Assembly: GCA_973895155.1 (NCBI GenBank)
Contig: OZ316894.1
Span: 11,632,728-11,696,727 of the forward strand
From: Marsupella aquatica
Lineage: Eukaryota; Plantae; Marchantiophyta
Direction of reading: 5' to 3'
Length of the DNA: 64,000 nucleotides
Part shown: in pieces, positions 24,021-38,510 of the stretch
How positions within the stretch are numbered: position 1 is the first letter of the stretch
Layout: each line of letters starts with the position of its first letter
Program-made: the position numbers and the translations under genes
Notes under the pieces: model-generated
Databases searched by the model: none
What the model was told of the DNA's origin: nothing
The model's input: only the letters and a program-made list of their open reading frames with translations

Positions 24021-27000
24021 TCAAAATGTATTGTCCCGCATCCATTTGGTGGCGACCCACTTCTCTCCCTTAATTACTGGACAGCTACCGTGTAAAGCGG
24101 CCTGCATTCAAGCCCACAAAATTGTCATTGCTTTACCCCCTTCAACTCGGAAAAGATATTCATCTGGAGTGTTTTCCAACATGAAGCTATTCTCAGGGTT
24201 GCGGCATAAGCCGTAAAATTTGAACATTAACTGAATAGCATCGATATACTGATATTTGCAAATGGATGAATAAAATTATTTTGATGACAGGGGCGACTTT
24301 GTTCCGATCTTGACGCCATCCTCTACATCCATACACTTCGAAACTAAGTCGGTAACAATCTCGCAACGGTGTAAAGGAATAGATCCACGATTATGTTGAA
24401 TAAAAAACAATCTCGCAACTGTGCAAAGCAATAGACTTATGCTTATGGTAGATAAGCAAACATGCATCCTTACTGCTTCAATTCAGCTTCAGCTTGCAAC
24501 TATTGTCAAGGGGATTGAGGAGATTATCCAGTGGTTATTCTAAAGGTCAAAAAGCCTATGATGTAGCGTGCATCTCTTCCAAATGGGGATAAGAGAAATC
24601 ACAGCAGAAAATAAGAGAAGAGGATATACCGCATCAAACGTGCCGTTGGGATGAATAGAGTAAAATAGTAAAGCATCCCCTTGTCGTGGCTTCACTTTAA
24701 GACCAATACATGCCTTGAAATCATACAAATTGTCCATATTTTTGTAATTCTGCAAAGTCAACACACACGACAGTTGGATCAACACAGAGAAACCATGCTG
24801 AAACTCCTCTATATTGCACCAATAAACTTTTAATGCCAGCTGCGATTCTGTGTCTTGGCATCATAACAGATTTGCTTTCCTTTCACAAAAAAATGGCAAG
24901 TAGTACTATTGATGCAGCCAGAAACACCGAATTGAACATAGGCATAAGAAATCATCCCTACACGTGACTTCCACTAGCTGTCAAGAATTGGCTGGCAAAA
25001 CTGAAGCCAAAATAGAGGTGGCCAATGGATTATCTAGTTAGCTGTCAGTTTCTTATGTCCCTCAGGAAGATGCTCTTTACCCATCCTCTTCCAAAACATG
25101 ATAAGCTTGCTTTCGAGTTTTGGTTGATCTTTTCATTTTCATCACAAACGAAGTCCCTTTACAGTGAGTCTTCTTAATATCATTTCCAGTCGACCCTAAA
25201 CCGTAACTTGTCATCCCTTACAAGTGTTTCAAACATCATTACTAGGGTATTGTCTCAAGCAAGTAGTCCTGCTCTCCCTCCTCTGGGGAACATACAGCCT
25301 CAGAAACATTTCTATTCCTAGAAGGAGAGTCTTTTACCTCAAAAGGAAACATGGTCTCCCCACCTTCCTCAACATCGGAAAGGTACAGCAGCATCGATGC
25401 AATCTGCATATAAAACAAAACAATAGACTAAATTTCATGCAAATTTCTTCATGAAACAAAGTTCTGATTTATAGCAGACAGTGCAACAGGTCACTCTATA
25501 ACAAGGGAAGGAATGTCAAGGTATGAACTGCATGAGAGTTTTAAAATATTTGATTTCATTACCCGCTGGGTCTTTTGGGGTCCATACTCCTCTGGATTGA
25601 AGACATCATAGTGACAATTGTACTTTTGCCCAATCTGGTATCGCAGAACATTGAATGCCTGAAAATATTTTACAAGGAAATTTCTTAAACAATTAGTCCG
25701 TCATCCATTTCAAATACTCCACACCACCAACCGAGAAACATATTTCATTTGCGGCTGCCACGAAAACCATTTCCAGCACAGATGCTCGGATGATGGGTTC
25801 CTTTTAAGCAATTCCACAAAAGTCGTTGTAAAGCATCCTCTATAGCCTTTCAGCCATAGATATTTTCAGCGACTATAGACAGAAATAAACGTCCAGCTTC
25901 AAGGGTAAGGAGACCTAGTATTTCAAGACAAGCAGAGAACCGGTATAGTACTCTCCTTCCGAGCGTGAACTTAAGACTTTCGAAGGGAATGACAGTCTGC
26001 AGGTTTGCAGTCTACGCCAGGTAGGGAATGCATACGTACCTCTCCATTTTCTCGAGGTATCATAGCTACTTTTGACATCTTTTCCTCGATCGCTTCCAGC
26101 GTTCCTGTTTTATCTTGGTGCCAGGCCAAGAACGTGCCTGAGCTACCTTGCCAACAACACATGCACAAGACCATCACGCTTCGACTTCTTGAAGACGAAG
26201 ATGTCAAGAGCCCGGGAACAACAACCGAGGCTCAAACTAGAATGTCAAATCAAAATCATTTCTTGCAGCTATAAATGTGTCCTATGATGCAGCGAAGGCA
26301 TGGTAGAGTGGGGCATAAGAAGAGATGCCAATCTCTGAACGAAACCATGGTGGACATGTGGCTCGAAGCAGAAATAAAACATTCACCATACCATATAACA
26401 TCATCACATTACCCTATCAATCTACACACAAGACAGGAAGAATGGACTTTATCCTGTGGCACAAAGGAAAACAGCTATCAACTTTCCGCAAGGAAACTGT
26501 AGAGAATACCTAGTTCGGACATCTTTGGTTAGATCTGCAGTCTCTCCCTTGCGCAGGGCAAGACCTGATGGAGAAAGGCGAGTTTTTGCAAGGGCGATAA
26601 TGTGTTCGCATTGTAGCTTACTGGCAAACCTAGGAAATATTATGGCCCTCGGTGTCCAGCTCAAAACCTGATTTGATAATGTCAAGGCACAGCATTTCAA
26701 TTAAAGTCGAGAAGCACATTTATATTGACATGTTCACTTCTCGAAACTAGAGCAGATAAAGAAAAACACAATCAAGCGAGTGTCATTCAACGCACGAGGG
26801 CTGTCTATTGACCTGGAAAGGTATGTCGTGAATGGTACCATCACCACTCTCACCATGTTCGTAGGGTAACTCCAGGCCATTCTCCAAGAGCCGCAAACGT
26901 TGATTTTGGTGGTTATCCTTCGCTAATGCAATCTCCTGTGCAAGGGAGCGAGTACAGAATGATCAACCGACCAGCTACGAAAAACCTTGAGGCAATAAAA

Positions 27001-28410
27001 TGGTGATAAGAGTCCACTTCCACAATAGTGGATGAAAAGAGGGCACAAGTAAGCATGACGGCAAGCCAGAAGAAGAAAAGTAATAATCCTCCAGTCGAAA
27101 GGCTTAAATTACGACAAATAGGATCTTACGGACCCAAAATTTCTTGCGTGCTGTCATCCACAAAACTTTCCGCATAAGGTGAGTCCAAATTGAGCCAATC
27201 TTGTTTTTCACTTTATGCTGTTGAAAATTGATGGATGCGAATCCCGTGTGGTTCTTGGTATTATGCCCAACGAATTTGGATCTTGCTTTGGCATCTCGTC
27301 TCACCTCTTTTGCAATAAATTAGTTCAAAGTGAGCGCATCTTCACTGTAATAGACGACCGTGCAAGGAGAACCATGCACAGGAGGAGCACGGGAGGAGCA
27401 CATTGGACTTTGGATTTAAAACGGCATTCGCCAGGAAAGGACGGAAAGGATGGCTTGAGCGATTCCACTTGCCCGTGAGTGCAATCTCCACAGTAGCACT
27501 CAGATCTGGGACTGAATGATTTGAAGTCTACGGGGGCCCAGTGGGCCAAGGGACAGAACTGTACAGAGGTTTCCAGCACGGAAACAAGTCACGCTTTACA
27601 GACGGCGCGGGTGAAATCTAGAGAATAGCGTTCAGGAGAACTCTCCAACCTGGACTGGGTGCCTAACGAATGATCTATCCCTTTCGACCTGACGAAAATG
27701 CACTGAAAGATTGGGGTCTCATTGAAGGGATGGAAGAACCCTGGTTTAGACCTGGAGTCTGAATGGAAGCTACATTCTAACAGGAAATGCCTCTCATGAT
27801 CTGCTTCCTGGTCTGCACAATAGTTAACGAAGAGCTCCGATCTCGGAATGCTCTTGCATTGCGCAATCTCAGTAGCCACTGCTAAGATTTCTGCAGTGCC
27901 ATCCCTAGCTATGGTGACGCATGTTTTAGACGATATTTGTTATTTCCTCCATCTGAAGCTAAATTTGCTGCTGCTATAGTTTCCCCAGCAGCAGTTCTCT
28001 ACCCTCAATCTCTTTTCCGAGTCTTTTAATGCGATCTAGACTAGCCTCGCCGCTATCTGTAGTAACTCGGGCTATCCCCGTGGCAATCCCTTGGAAATAG
28101 CAGGTCATTTGGGTATTCGATCCGAATGGACGGATCGCAGCACAGATTCCACAGATTCCGAATTGGATTTTAAGAATTCCATAGTCCAGTTAAGGGAATG
28201 AATTTGAAAATAAATCGAATGAGAAGTCCACAGATCCCCTAAAGTTGAGGCAAGAGAGATCCAACAGTGAGAGAACGGCACCTCTTGGTTGGCGATGGAG
28301 ACATAGTAGCCGGCGAAGAAAAACGCGGCGCTCACAAGCAAAGCAATTGGCATAGGGAGATTGTATCCACACCCCCTGCGTGGATACGTTCCCGCCTTCA
28401 TCTTTTTCAT
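24021..28410 (-). CDS. P4H9: Prolyl 4-hydroxylase, P4H9-like type II membrane 2OG-Fe(II) dioxygenase, ~291 aa
   Basis: Eight GT-AG exons: 28282-28410, 26813-26935, 26510-26667, 26040-26142, 25563-25658, 25338-25403, 24630-24749, 24021-24101 (876 nt, open frame). Motifs PFQVLSWTPRA, RTSSGTF, HYDVF, YLSDVEEGGETMFPFE, LHGSCPVIKGEKWVATKW, plus an N-terminal TM segment. Confidence 0.95.
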
Positions 28411-29279
28411 TTCGCCCAAATCGTAAACGGGCAGAGATAGGAAACAATGCTCCTCCTCGTCGCCGGTCCGCACAAACGCACACAACACCGTCGGTGCCAC
28501 ACCTAGCACCCCCCTTATGTGCCAGATCGGGAATTCACGTATGCCGGACAATGTCACAGCACGAGCTCCCCCGCTTCAGAAATGCTCCCCGTCTGCACTC
28601 CCCCGCCCTCCATCTCTCCCACATAACTGCTCCCCACACCAGCGAAGTCGGTGTATCCTGCTCGCTCGACGGAATCGAAGGAAAACACTTGAACCGAGAA
28701 AGAACTCGAAGATCAAGTCAGGAAAGACATCTTAGGCGCAATGGCTTCGCTTAAAAGTTATCGCCGGCGCATCAGTAACAGCGGTAGCATCAGCATTCGT
28801 CGCACAAAATCCTCACACAAACCCAAGGAAAGCAAACTGTTGCGCACAATACTGAGCTGGCCGACCTGATCCGCCCGACACGGAGCTGCAACAATGCCTC
28901 TGGTAACCGTCCGCGCTCTACAGTCACAAGGAATTAAAAATGCATCACCAGGTGCTCAATCATAACCCCTTCATTAAGCAATTCGCTCCTCCCTTAAAAT
29001 CCTGCCACAGTGGTCGATTCCTTCCTTTCTCTCTCTGTCGATTCCTGGTATGTCGAAAGCACACATTGACAAGACAAGAAACACAAACAGACAAACGACG
29101 AACCTTCACACCTCTACTAGAGCGTTTGAGAGCTTCAATGTGCGAATCTTGAGAGGTGAAATCACCGACGCCCAGACCGTGAAATCCGCGACGAATGTCG
29201 GAAGCGATTGTCGGTACCTGAAGAATTCAGAATCAGAGATGTGTAATTGTGTAGCCTCCAAGCTTTTGGGGCTTCAGAT

Positions 29280-30150
29280 TTGGGCACTCAAGCCTCTCGT
29301 GCTGAACTGTGAACAGTAGCAAACCACGGTACTTACTTACGTAGCGGTACACGGTACTAACGCAGTAGTACTAACGCAGTAGTACTAACGCAGTAACGCA
29401 ATCTTACTAATAAATCGCGAATATAAACTACTTTCAAAGGCTAGGGTCTAGAGTGACGACAATACACTATAACTTCATATAAAGACAAACCTGGACTCAA
29501 AAATAAGGACACAGTGAGGGTGAACAAAAAACTATAACTTCATATAGACAAACCTGGACTCAAGAATAAGGACAAAATTGGACTCTAAATTAAGGACACA
29601 GGGAGGGTGAACAAAGAATGAGGATGGGGCAAACATAAAGGGTAGGTAACATAGACTTTGTTTTTTGCAATATTTTTTTTTTGGTCTTCATCTCTATAAG
29701 CTACTTTCAAAGGCTAGGGTCTAGAGTGAAGACTCTAGACTATAACTTCATATAAAGACAATCCAGTGAGGGTGAACAAAAAATGAGGATGGGGCAAATA
29801 TAAACAGTAGATAACATAGACTTCTTTTTTTGCAATATTGTTTTTGGTCTTCATCTCTATTTATGTTCAATGAAAGGGTACTGAGGCTAGTGATAATTAG
29901 GTTGAAGCAAAAATTAATTTGGGACCTGAGATTTAGGCACTTGGGCCTCGCATGGTCAACTGTGAACAATAGCAAACCAGGGTACTAACTTAGTAGCACT
30001 GATGCAGTAATGCAATTGTAATAAGGATGAAGCAAAATTTAATTTGGGGCTTGAGAATTGGGCACTCGGGCCTCTCATGGTGAACTGTGAGCAATAGCAA
30101 ACCATGGTACTGAAGTAGTAACACTCATGCAGTAATGCAGTAGTAATTAG
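29280..30150. repeat. Composite repeat cluster: ~100-bp duplicated units, a 14-bp tandem, and two copies of a hairpin-headed ~200-270-bp repeat
   Basis: gggcact..aactgtga..agcaaacca.ggtact at ~29282, 29935 and 30060; (gtactaacgcagta)x3 at 29354-29395; ctactttcaaaggctagggtctagagtga at ~29428 and 29702. Confidence 0.8.
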
Positions 30151-30169
30151 GATGAAACAAAAATTAATT

Positions 30170-30870
30170 CATTAAAAACAAACTGACCCCTATCACACGC
30201 CCATGGCATTTTGGAGGTGTATGCTTGATGGACCCCCAAAATTACAAGGGGGAAACCACGGTACTACCCTAGTAGTGCATTGGCAATTCATACAAAACAA
30301 ACTGATGCCTATCACATGCCCATCACATTTTGGAGGTATAAGCTTGATGGACCCCCAAAATGACAAGGGGTAAACGACGGTACTACCCTAGTAGTGCATT
30401 GGCATTTCATTAAAAATGCCCTGACTCACCCATCACATTTTGGAGGTATATGCTTCATGACCCCCAAAATGACAAGGGGTAAACCATGATACTACCCTAG
30501 TAGTGCATTGGCATTTCAATAAAAAAAACAAACTGACCCCTACCACACCCGTTATCACATTTTAACACCCCTATCAAACACCCATCACATTTTAGAGGTA
30601 TATGCTTGATGGACCCCCAGAATGACAAGGGGTAAACCATGGCACTACCCTAGTAGTGCATTGGCAGTCACATTTTGGACGTATATGCTTGATGGACCCC
30701 AAAATGAAAAGTGGCAATCACGGTATTGACTGGGTAGTACTAACGCACTGAATGCAGTACTTATTAGAATGAAGCTAATGGAGCAAAATTTATTTCATTA
30801 AAAACAAATTGGCACCCATCACATTTTGGAGGTATATGCTTGATGGGCCACCAAAATGAAAAATGTTATT
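30170..30870. repeat. Tandem array of ~110-bp units containing the MITE TIR motif
   Basis: About 6 copies of acattttggaggtatatgcttgatggacccccaaaatgacaagggg..taccctagtagtgcattggca. Confidence 0.85.
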
Positions 30871-31020
30871 TGATGGGACCCCTGAGTGATCCAGACAATG
30901 AGATGTGTAATTTATTGGAACCCCTGATTGATCTAGACAATTGATAGACCTTTAATCAACTTATTTGAACCTCAGAGGTCCCATCAAGTGACACTGTTCA
31001 TTTTGGGGGTCCATCAAGCA
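30837..31020. mobile_element. MITE-like element with ~44-bp TIRs, copy 1
   Basis: tgcttgatgggccaccaaaatgaaaaatgttatttgatgggacc at the left; its reverse complement ggtcccatcaagtgacactgttcattttgggggtccatcaagca at the right. Confidence 0.75.
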
Positions 31021-31730
31021 AACACCTCTGACATTTTCCCAAGGGTGAGCTGGAAAATATGCCATGCAAACACTACATTTCTTCTTCCTTCATGGGAAAT
31101 ATATGAAACCCCACGGAACGGGAATAGTCCGTTACAACATTTGAATTCTAGACCTATGAGTCTCAACTGAGCTACCAAACAGCCATGTCTCTCTAGGCTG
31201 CAAACATGTCCTTTGACTAGGTTTAACCTAAATACCAGAAAACTAAAATTAAAATGGCCACCTCCAAAACATTATATGAGGTGTAATGCTCAGTAAAAGT
31301 ATTCTGTACTCAAATAGGGCATGAACACATGTTTTTGGCTACGTATCTGCAAAACACAGGAAAAATATACTGAGAAAATTGGTTGGAAAAATTCAAGTGG
31401 TCAGCTGAAAAACTCTGCATGGCATAAAATGCCCATAACACAGCAAAGATACAGGAAAAACTAAATGAGAAAACTAACTTTCTGACACCGGAAACTAAAA
31501 TAGTCACCCGCAAACATCTGGAAGCAGATTAAAATAAAAGTTGGCCATCAAAGTAGCTAACCAAGTTAAGACTATGGTAACCTCTTTCAAGTGGTCATCT
31601 TTGCGTTCCCTTGTGCTCCTTTACTGTACAGTACCGTGGTTTGGAGCCGGATGTGCATACATCATCCTGTCCAAATTTAAAATGGTACACTACCGTAGAG
31701 TGAGTAGATATACACATCATGAGAGTTATT

Positions 31731-31880
31731 TGCTTGATGGACCCCCCAAAATGAAGAGTGTTACTAGATGGGACCTTGAGGTTCTGGGTAGGTCAATTTA
31801 AGGTCAATCAAGGTCTATCAATTGTCTGGATCAGACAGGGTCCCATCAAGTAACACTTCATTTTGGGAGTCCATCAAGAA
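31731..31880. mobile_element. MITE-like element, copy 2 (inverted relative to copy 1)
   Basis: Same TIRs; the internal ggtctatcaattgtctggatca is the reverse complement of tgatctagacaattgatagacc in copy 1. Confidence 0.75.
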
Positions 31881-32881
31881 TATGTAGGATGAAAACATGA
31901 CATCTTTGTGTGTGGCATCTATTGTGTCATTGATTGTATTGCTTTCCAGGCCCCAATTAAGGATTTTTTATTTAATATTCTCTATCAAACGAGGAGGTGG
32001 GTTTGTGTATGTACTGTACTTACAGTCCATTCTTGCTAAGTGCACACTCTAGGGAAGCACATTGGTCTACACTTAACTATGGTTTGCATTTTGTCCTAAA
32101 TGCAGAATTTTGGAATTCTCATTTATCAATAAGAGTGCATATCATCACACGGTAGGAGCTCTGTCAGTTTAAATTCTTGTGACTTCCTTCCTACATTGCA
32201 CATCCCTGCCATAAACGTGATCCTCCTACCTCATAAGTGCAACTGTTTAGAGCAAACCTCTTTGCACTTTAGTAAAAAGCTAAAACTGAATATCCTGTAA
32301 TTAGCCAGGTTTTGCACTTATGTAGTGTGCACTTAGCAAGAGCTGACTGTAATGGAGGAATAGAAAAAGTGATAAGTAATGTTGTTGAAATACATTTATA
32401 CATTTGTCAACATTCCATGCAGGTTTTGAAAGTCCTTCGAGGCATTTTGGACACATGGGGTCACCCTATATTTTGGTCTCTAAAATATACACTTTTACGG
32501 ACCCCCATTAGGGGTCCTTTCCAAAATTCCTGGTTCCACAGCGCGCCACATCATCATGGCACGTTGCAAACAGGAACAAACTTGTTTTTGGATAAAATTA
32601 ACTTCTGTATTCGTGTTTGTGGCAACTTTGCAGTAAAAATTGGGACGCCATGTCGTAAAAGAGAATGTAAAAAAAATGACATGCAAATCAAAAGATTTTA
32701 AAAAGAGGCAAAACTACCCCTTGTAACTGTTTTACTTACATTTTGGTCTTTTTCAAAACATCAAATAAAGTAATCATTCGCTGAGTAAGTAAAATGTAAA
32801 AAAGGAAAAATCTCCTTGTTAATTGACTAGTGCGTTATGTCTTTGGTAGAGGAGTCCAATAATGACAATAACGTAAGTCTG

Positions 32882-33015
32882 TTGGTGTCGTCTCTTCGGT
32901 TGGTGTCGTAGAGCCTGAGCAACGTAAGTATATTGGTGTCGTCTCTTCAGTTGGTGTCTTAGAGCCTGAGCGTCGTTTTTTGTCTCTTTAGTTGGTGTCT
33001 TACAGCCTGAGCGTC
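32882..33015. repeat. Short tandem repeat, 3 x ~45 bp
   Basis: gtctctt..gttggtgtc.t.gagcctgagc occurs three times. Confidence 0.8.
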
Positions 33016-35619
33016 ATTTTTTGTTGTTTGAGGTGTAGCGGAATGGCCAGAACAAGGCAGAGGTAGAAGCCGAACACGAAAGAGGGTATGGTCAGTCAGA
33101 ACACAGAAGAGAGTACGGGAGCTGCAGAGTTCGAAGATCAGTGAGGAGGAGGGGGCGATTCTAATTTTGCAGAGATTGGAGACTTAAGGTGATTCCCTTG
33201 CTACTGTCTGGGATTAAGCAAAATGTCATGGCGTTCCGTGAAACATACATTGAACTGGGCACATCGAATGCATGACTTGAGCTAGTGGCAAAGTTTAATT
33301 AAATGAGCGGGACACGGGGAGGAAGGAATCATTCATTTCATAAACACAGTATGAACTAATAATATTAATCCTAGGAGTATTTGACACAAATTCTGTTACG
33401 CGCGTCAGGCATTTATAAATTGTCATTTGACTGAACATTCAATCTATACACCAATGCAAATAAATATCATGCGACTCATGACTGAAGGTCTTGCCTACCA
33501 CTCTTTTTGACGAGCACACAGAATTGATTGAAGTGTATCTGCCACCACTTGAACGATTGAGATCTACGTCTATCTATTAAGCAACCTAGCTAGCAAGCTT
33601 TTCTCTCTGACATTAGTAATAGCGATGACCAAACGATAAATATGTCCCAAGAATTTGCAGATAGGTGAAGTGAGTTCTAGGAAGCTGATCGATCCTCAAT
33701 CATCTAAATCTACCAACCAAATAATATGCGAATGTGGTAGCTACTTCAACGTAGTAATAAGGAGATGATATATAGTTGTTAGTTGATCGGTCAAAATATT
33801 AGCTAGAGAGTGTCTTCAACAATTTATTAGATTCGTTTTGATCAGGATAGTCAACAGTAGCACCAGATCCTCTGTTATCCCCAGTCTTTCTTGACATGTA
33901 ATCACATCTAGGTTTTACGCCATATGTTTTGATGATTAGTCGTATTCGTGCTTCGATCCACATTTGCTGGACACCTACATCCTTTAGCACAGCAACCCGA
34001 ATTAAACTTTTGAAATTTGAGGTTCTTACAAGCACACCTTGGCGGTTTCCCCTCAACTTTCATATACGTTCAGCCATGCTTTTTCTTAGATATGCTGCAT
34101 AGTTCACTAGCTTAGGACTTCTGAAGGACGACAGCTCTTCAGAAACACAGCATCTTGATGTGCGTCTCTGATTTTCAAGAAAGGGCATGTATGATTACCA
34201 CAAAGAACTTTTGATAGTAAAACTATAGTTCATTATCATTACCATTAGACCTTCAATTGAAAGTTTTCAATCGACTCGATGTCTATCCAGATAATGCCAT
34301 CAACCACATTTGCAATAACTAGAGTACAATATCTCTAAGTTTACTAGGATAATTATAATCAATCCTTACATCAATGGAATAGTTTGAATGAAATAGCTCA
34401 ATGCCTGTATCTTGCAGAGATCTGGATTTCAGTGACTGTGCACTGTTGAAATTATAGTTGTCCATATAACTACCAGGCACGAGATATGTTGCCAGTCACC
34501 TACATTAGCCTCAGCTTATGTGCTAGCTAGATATGTTCAGTGGATTTGGGCTAGTTGAACTCTTGATTTGACTGCACAGTCCTCGCACTTCCGGGGCAGT
34601 CATGAACTGATGAACAGTAGCACTAGTACGTCTAGTTTTGCGTAGCCATGAACACTACTGGAGCGCTAGCCTGAGTCCCCTATTTCTTTGATTATAAATA
34701 GAAGTGATTACACATTCAACGTGTTGCACTAAAAGGGGCGCTACATAAATACTTAGACGTGTTCACACTCAACCTGTTGCGCTAAAGGGGGCTCACGCAA
34801 TACATGAGATTGCACATTCTGTCTCGAATTACAACCCTGGTGTCTGCATTAGAATTAACAGAGAATTGAGAGAACATTACCATTTCTGCACGCACATACA
34901 CAAGGTAAAATTTGAATTAGGTGATTGACCTGACAGTCCAGTAATCAAAGAATCACCCAAAAGAGATCAACCTGTTGCTTGTAAACTGATAATGTGAAGA
35001 ATTGTTAAGGAGCGTGTCAATTTAGTTGAGTATTTGTATGAGAAATAAGCAGTCTGATATGTAGTGGAAGACGTTCGACAGCATTCTAAATTTGCTAGCC
35101 AGGAATTCTGGAATTTAGCTTTAGACTCCATACAGGATAACGTAAAAGTCAATGAATGTCTTCACCCTCTGATATTAAAGTTGAAGGATAAGCTACGGAT
35201 TGTTCTTAGAACTGTTCTCATCTTAGAGACTTTTCACGGTAGCACAATAGTAACTCCTGGTCCTTGTGCATCATCAGCTGTTTCAGAAGGGAAACACAAA
35301 ATTCTAGAGAGATTGACAGGTCCATGCGTTAACGAAAGACGAACCCAGACATGGAAAGCCAACCCACTCTACTTGCACAACAACTCCAATAGTGACAGTA
35401 ATGATTCTTGGCAACAAGAACGCTATAGTGTAGCTCAGATATTCTCACTTATTGTTGCATTACTCAGTGCCGTCTACTGTATATAGATTCATCCATAATG
35501 TCGTCATGGCTCTTAAGGAATAGTTCGATAGTTACTGTCATTGTTTGACACTTTATAGAATTTCAGGTCCAATGACTGAGACGCGGCCAGCAATGACTAC
35601 AGCCAAGGAATAAAGACCA

Positions 35620-38510
35620 TTTTCATACCTCTCGCTAGAGTGAAGCATTTAGACCCTCACTTTGGGAGACATAACTGATAATTGACCGAGTATTTTATAG
35701 CACAATCATGTTTTATAAATGTGACTTAAATTCAAAATAATTGCAAAACAATCTTACAAAAATTATAAACCAAGAAATCATGATAAGACTTAACATAAAG
35801 TCTACTTTGCCATGATTTTATTTTATGAGTATGAGAACTTTTGGAACCTCGTGTCAATTTTGTCGAAGAATTGCCTGAACGACAGAAAAGCAGAGATTTT
35901 ATAGAGTAGAGGTAAATTATTATTGGCTTAATACACAGTATACTCTTTTCAAGACCTAAATTGAGATGTATCTCATGGTCAAAGCCCACATCCTGGGTGC
36001 AAGTCCGGAGTAGTAAGTTCAGAGTTTTGTGCCTTTACTATGCCATGAGTTTATTTTATGAGTATGAGAACTTTTTGAACCTCGTGTCAGTTTTGTCGAA
36101 GAGTTGCCTGAACGACAGAAGAGCAGAGATTTTATAGAGTAAAGAACAATTATTATTGGTTTAAATTCACAGTATACTCTTTTCAAGACATAAACTGAGA
36201 GGTATCGCATGGTCAAAGTCCACATCCTGGTTGCAAGTCCCGAGTAGAAAGTTCTGAGTTTTGTGCCTTTTACACAGTGGTTGTCATTCAAATTTGGAGT
36301 GCATGTATGGACAAAATAAAGAAAATTTGACAAAAGAGGAAGGAAAAAAGAACATTTTCATACCTCTGGCTACTGTAGAGTGAAGCCTACAGATCCTCAC
36401 TTGGAAGACAACTGGACATGGATACATGAGAGGAAAACCAATTAATGTTCAAATGTTTGAACTACTACTAATACTCAACCGTTATCTTCACAGGTGGACT
36501 ACAAAGCATCAACGCTTAATTTGGGACAAATATTGCAAGGCAACTGACATTTATTGTTGTTCGGTGATACAAGTATGTTCATTCTATACAAGTCAACTCT
36601 CTTAAAATCTGCACCAGAATAAGCATTATAACAATAAACTTAAAACAATAAATTTTTGACCGGAAATCTCATAGCACAATCATGTTTTATATATGTGACT
36701 TCAATTCAAAATAATTGAAAATCAATCTTAAAAAAACTATAAAACAAGACATCATGATAAGACTAAACATGAACACTATTTTGGCAAGAGTATATTTTAT
36801 CACTTATGTGGAAAATATAATTAAACCATAAGCAACACTATAAATAAACTGAGAAAAACAAAACAAAAATAAATAACTACCCTACTACAGCATCGTTTTA
36901 TCTTATCATTAATATAAAAAATAACATTGACACACGTAAAATAAAATAATAAAATATTTCGTATCTATAACTATAATACGGAATCCTATGTTTGGAGACA
37001 TATATCTACCTCAGTCTAAAGTGAAGCCTTACTTTGGGAGCATCACTAGAGTTGCATCTATGAGAACGATAATTCAAGGCAACCAAAAGCTTATTTGAGT
37101 GTGTTTCATGGTGCCCAAAGTAGAGCATCTTTTAGTGCTCCAGGTATTGGAGAGAGACTAAGATTCATTCATGCACTTTAACGTGTCCATGAGCATGTGG
37201 ACTATCTCAGTTTACCATGTCCATGAGCATCTGCGCTTGTCAGAATTAAGCTACTGCCCAATCAGTTCGTGAGGATCCTTAGAAAAATTTTCCATAATCA
37301 TTCTTCCCTCTGTCTAAGCTCAAACCCGACTTTAGCAGCATAACTGAAGTAGAATATATGGGTGAAAAATTGTTTTCATACCTCTCACTGTCCTAGAAGG
37401 GTGACATAAGGGACATTTATGGAACAATTTCTCTCTTTAGAATCTTGTGACTATCTTGTCTTATCCATTCAAAATACACAATCACAGTATCATCACTGAT
37501 TCCATATTGAACATTGTGTTTTGCTCATTTGCACTACACAGTAAAGCCCTTCATTCTTAATAGATCATCTTCTTGCATACCCTGACTTGTAATTCATCAT
37601 ATGCATATGATTGCAAGAAAATGCTGCGCTGCACATTATCTGAGAGGAGAAACACGGCACGGGTGCAAGCAACATCCTCCCGTGCTGAGTCGCAAAGCTG
37701 GATATATGGCTAGAAAACAATATATCTACCTCAGTCTAAAGTGAAGCTTGACTGTAGTAGCAAAACTAGAGTTACATGTATGGGTAGGAAACTATATACC
37801 TCTTTGTTTTGACTGGAACCTCCAGACCTTCACTACTCAGGCATGACTGGAGATGCATTCCTATTTGTGTCTAGAATTCAGCCTTACTAGCTTTGGGAGC
37901 ATAATTAAAGTTAGGTATGTAATTAGGTGGATAACTATTTTCCCACCTCTGTCTAGAGGGAAGCTTACCCTCTCTGTCTAGAGGAAGACTCTAGACCCTG
38001 ACTTTTGGGACTTTATAAAACATAGATCCTTACCTCTGTCTAATGTCAAGCTTGATTTTAGCAGCATAACTGAAGTAGGATATATGGGTGAAAGATTGTT
38101 TTCATACCTCTGCTTGTCCATAGAGAAGTGACCTAAGGGATATATATGGAGAAATTTCTCTCTTTAATTATCCTGTGACTATCTTCTTTTATCCATTCAA
38201 AAATTAGGGATGATTTTAACTCAATTTCATTCTAGAATGATATTCTAACTGTGAATTCATGAGACAACTTATACATGTCCAATTCACAATCACAGTATCA
38301 TCATTCATTCCATATTGAACATTGTGTTTTGCTCATTCACACTTCAAATTATAGCCCTTCATTCTTAAAACACCATCTTCTTGCATACCCTGACTTGTGA
38401 TTCATCATATGCATAGGATTGCAAGAAAATGCTGCGCCGTACATTATCTGAGAGGAGAAACATGGCACAAGTGCGAGCAACATCCTCCCGTGCTGAGTTG
38501 CAAAGCCCAT
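35620..38510. repeat. Nested internal duplications upstream of the Helitron ORF
   Basis: ~233-bp tandem (35810-36040 / 36040-36270); 35685-35800 resembles 36655-36780; 37310-37700 resembles 38035-38505. Confidence 0.8.

Noticed and set aside
33042-33065. MARTRQR, resembling the histone H3 N-terminus
   Set aside because: Stops after 7 codons and no histone fold follows; likely chance.
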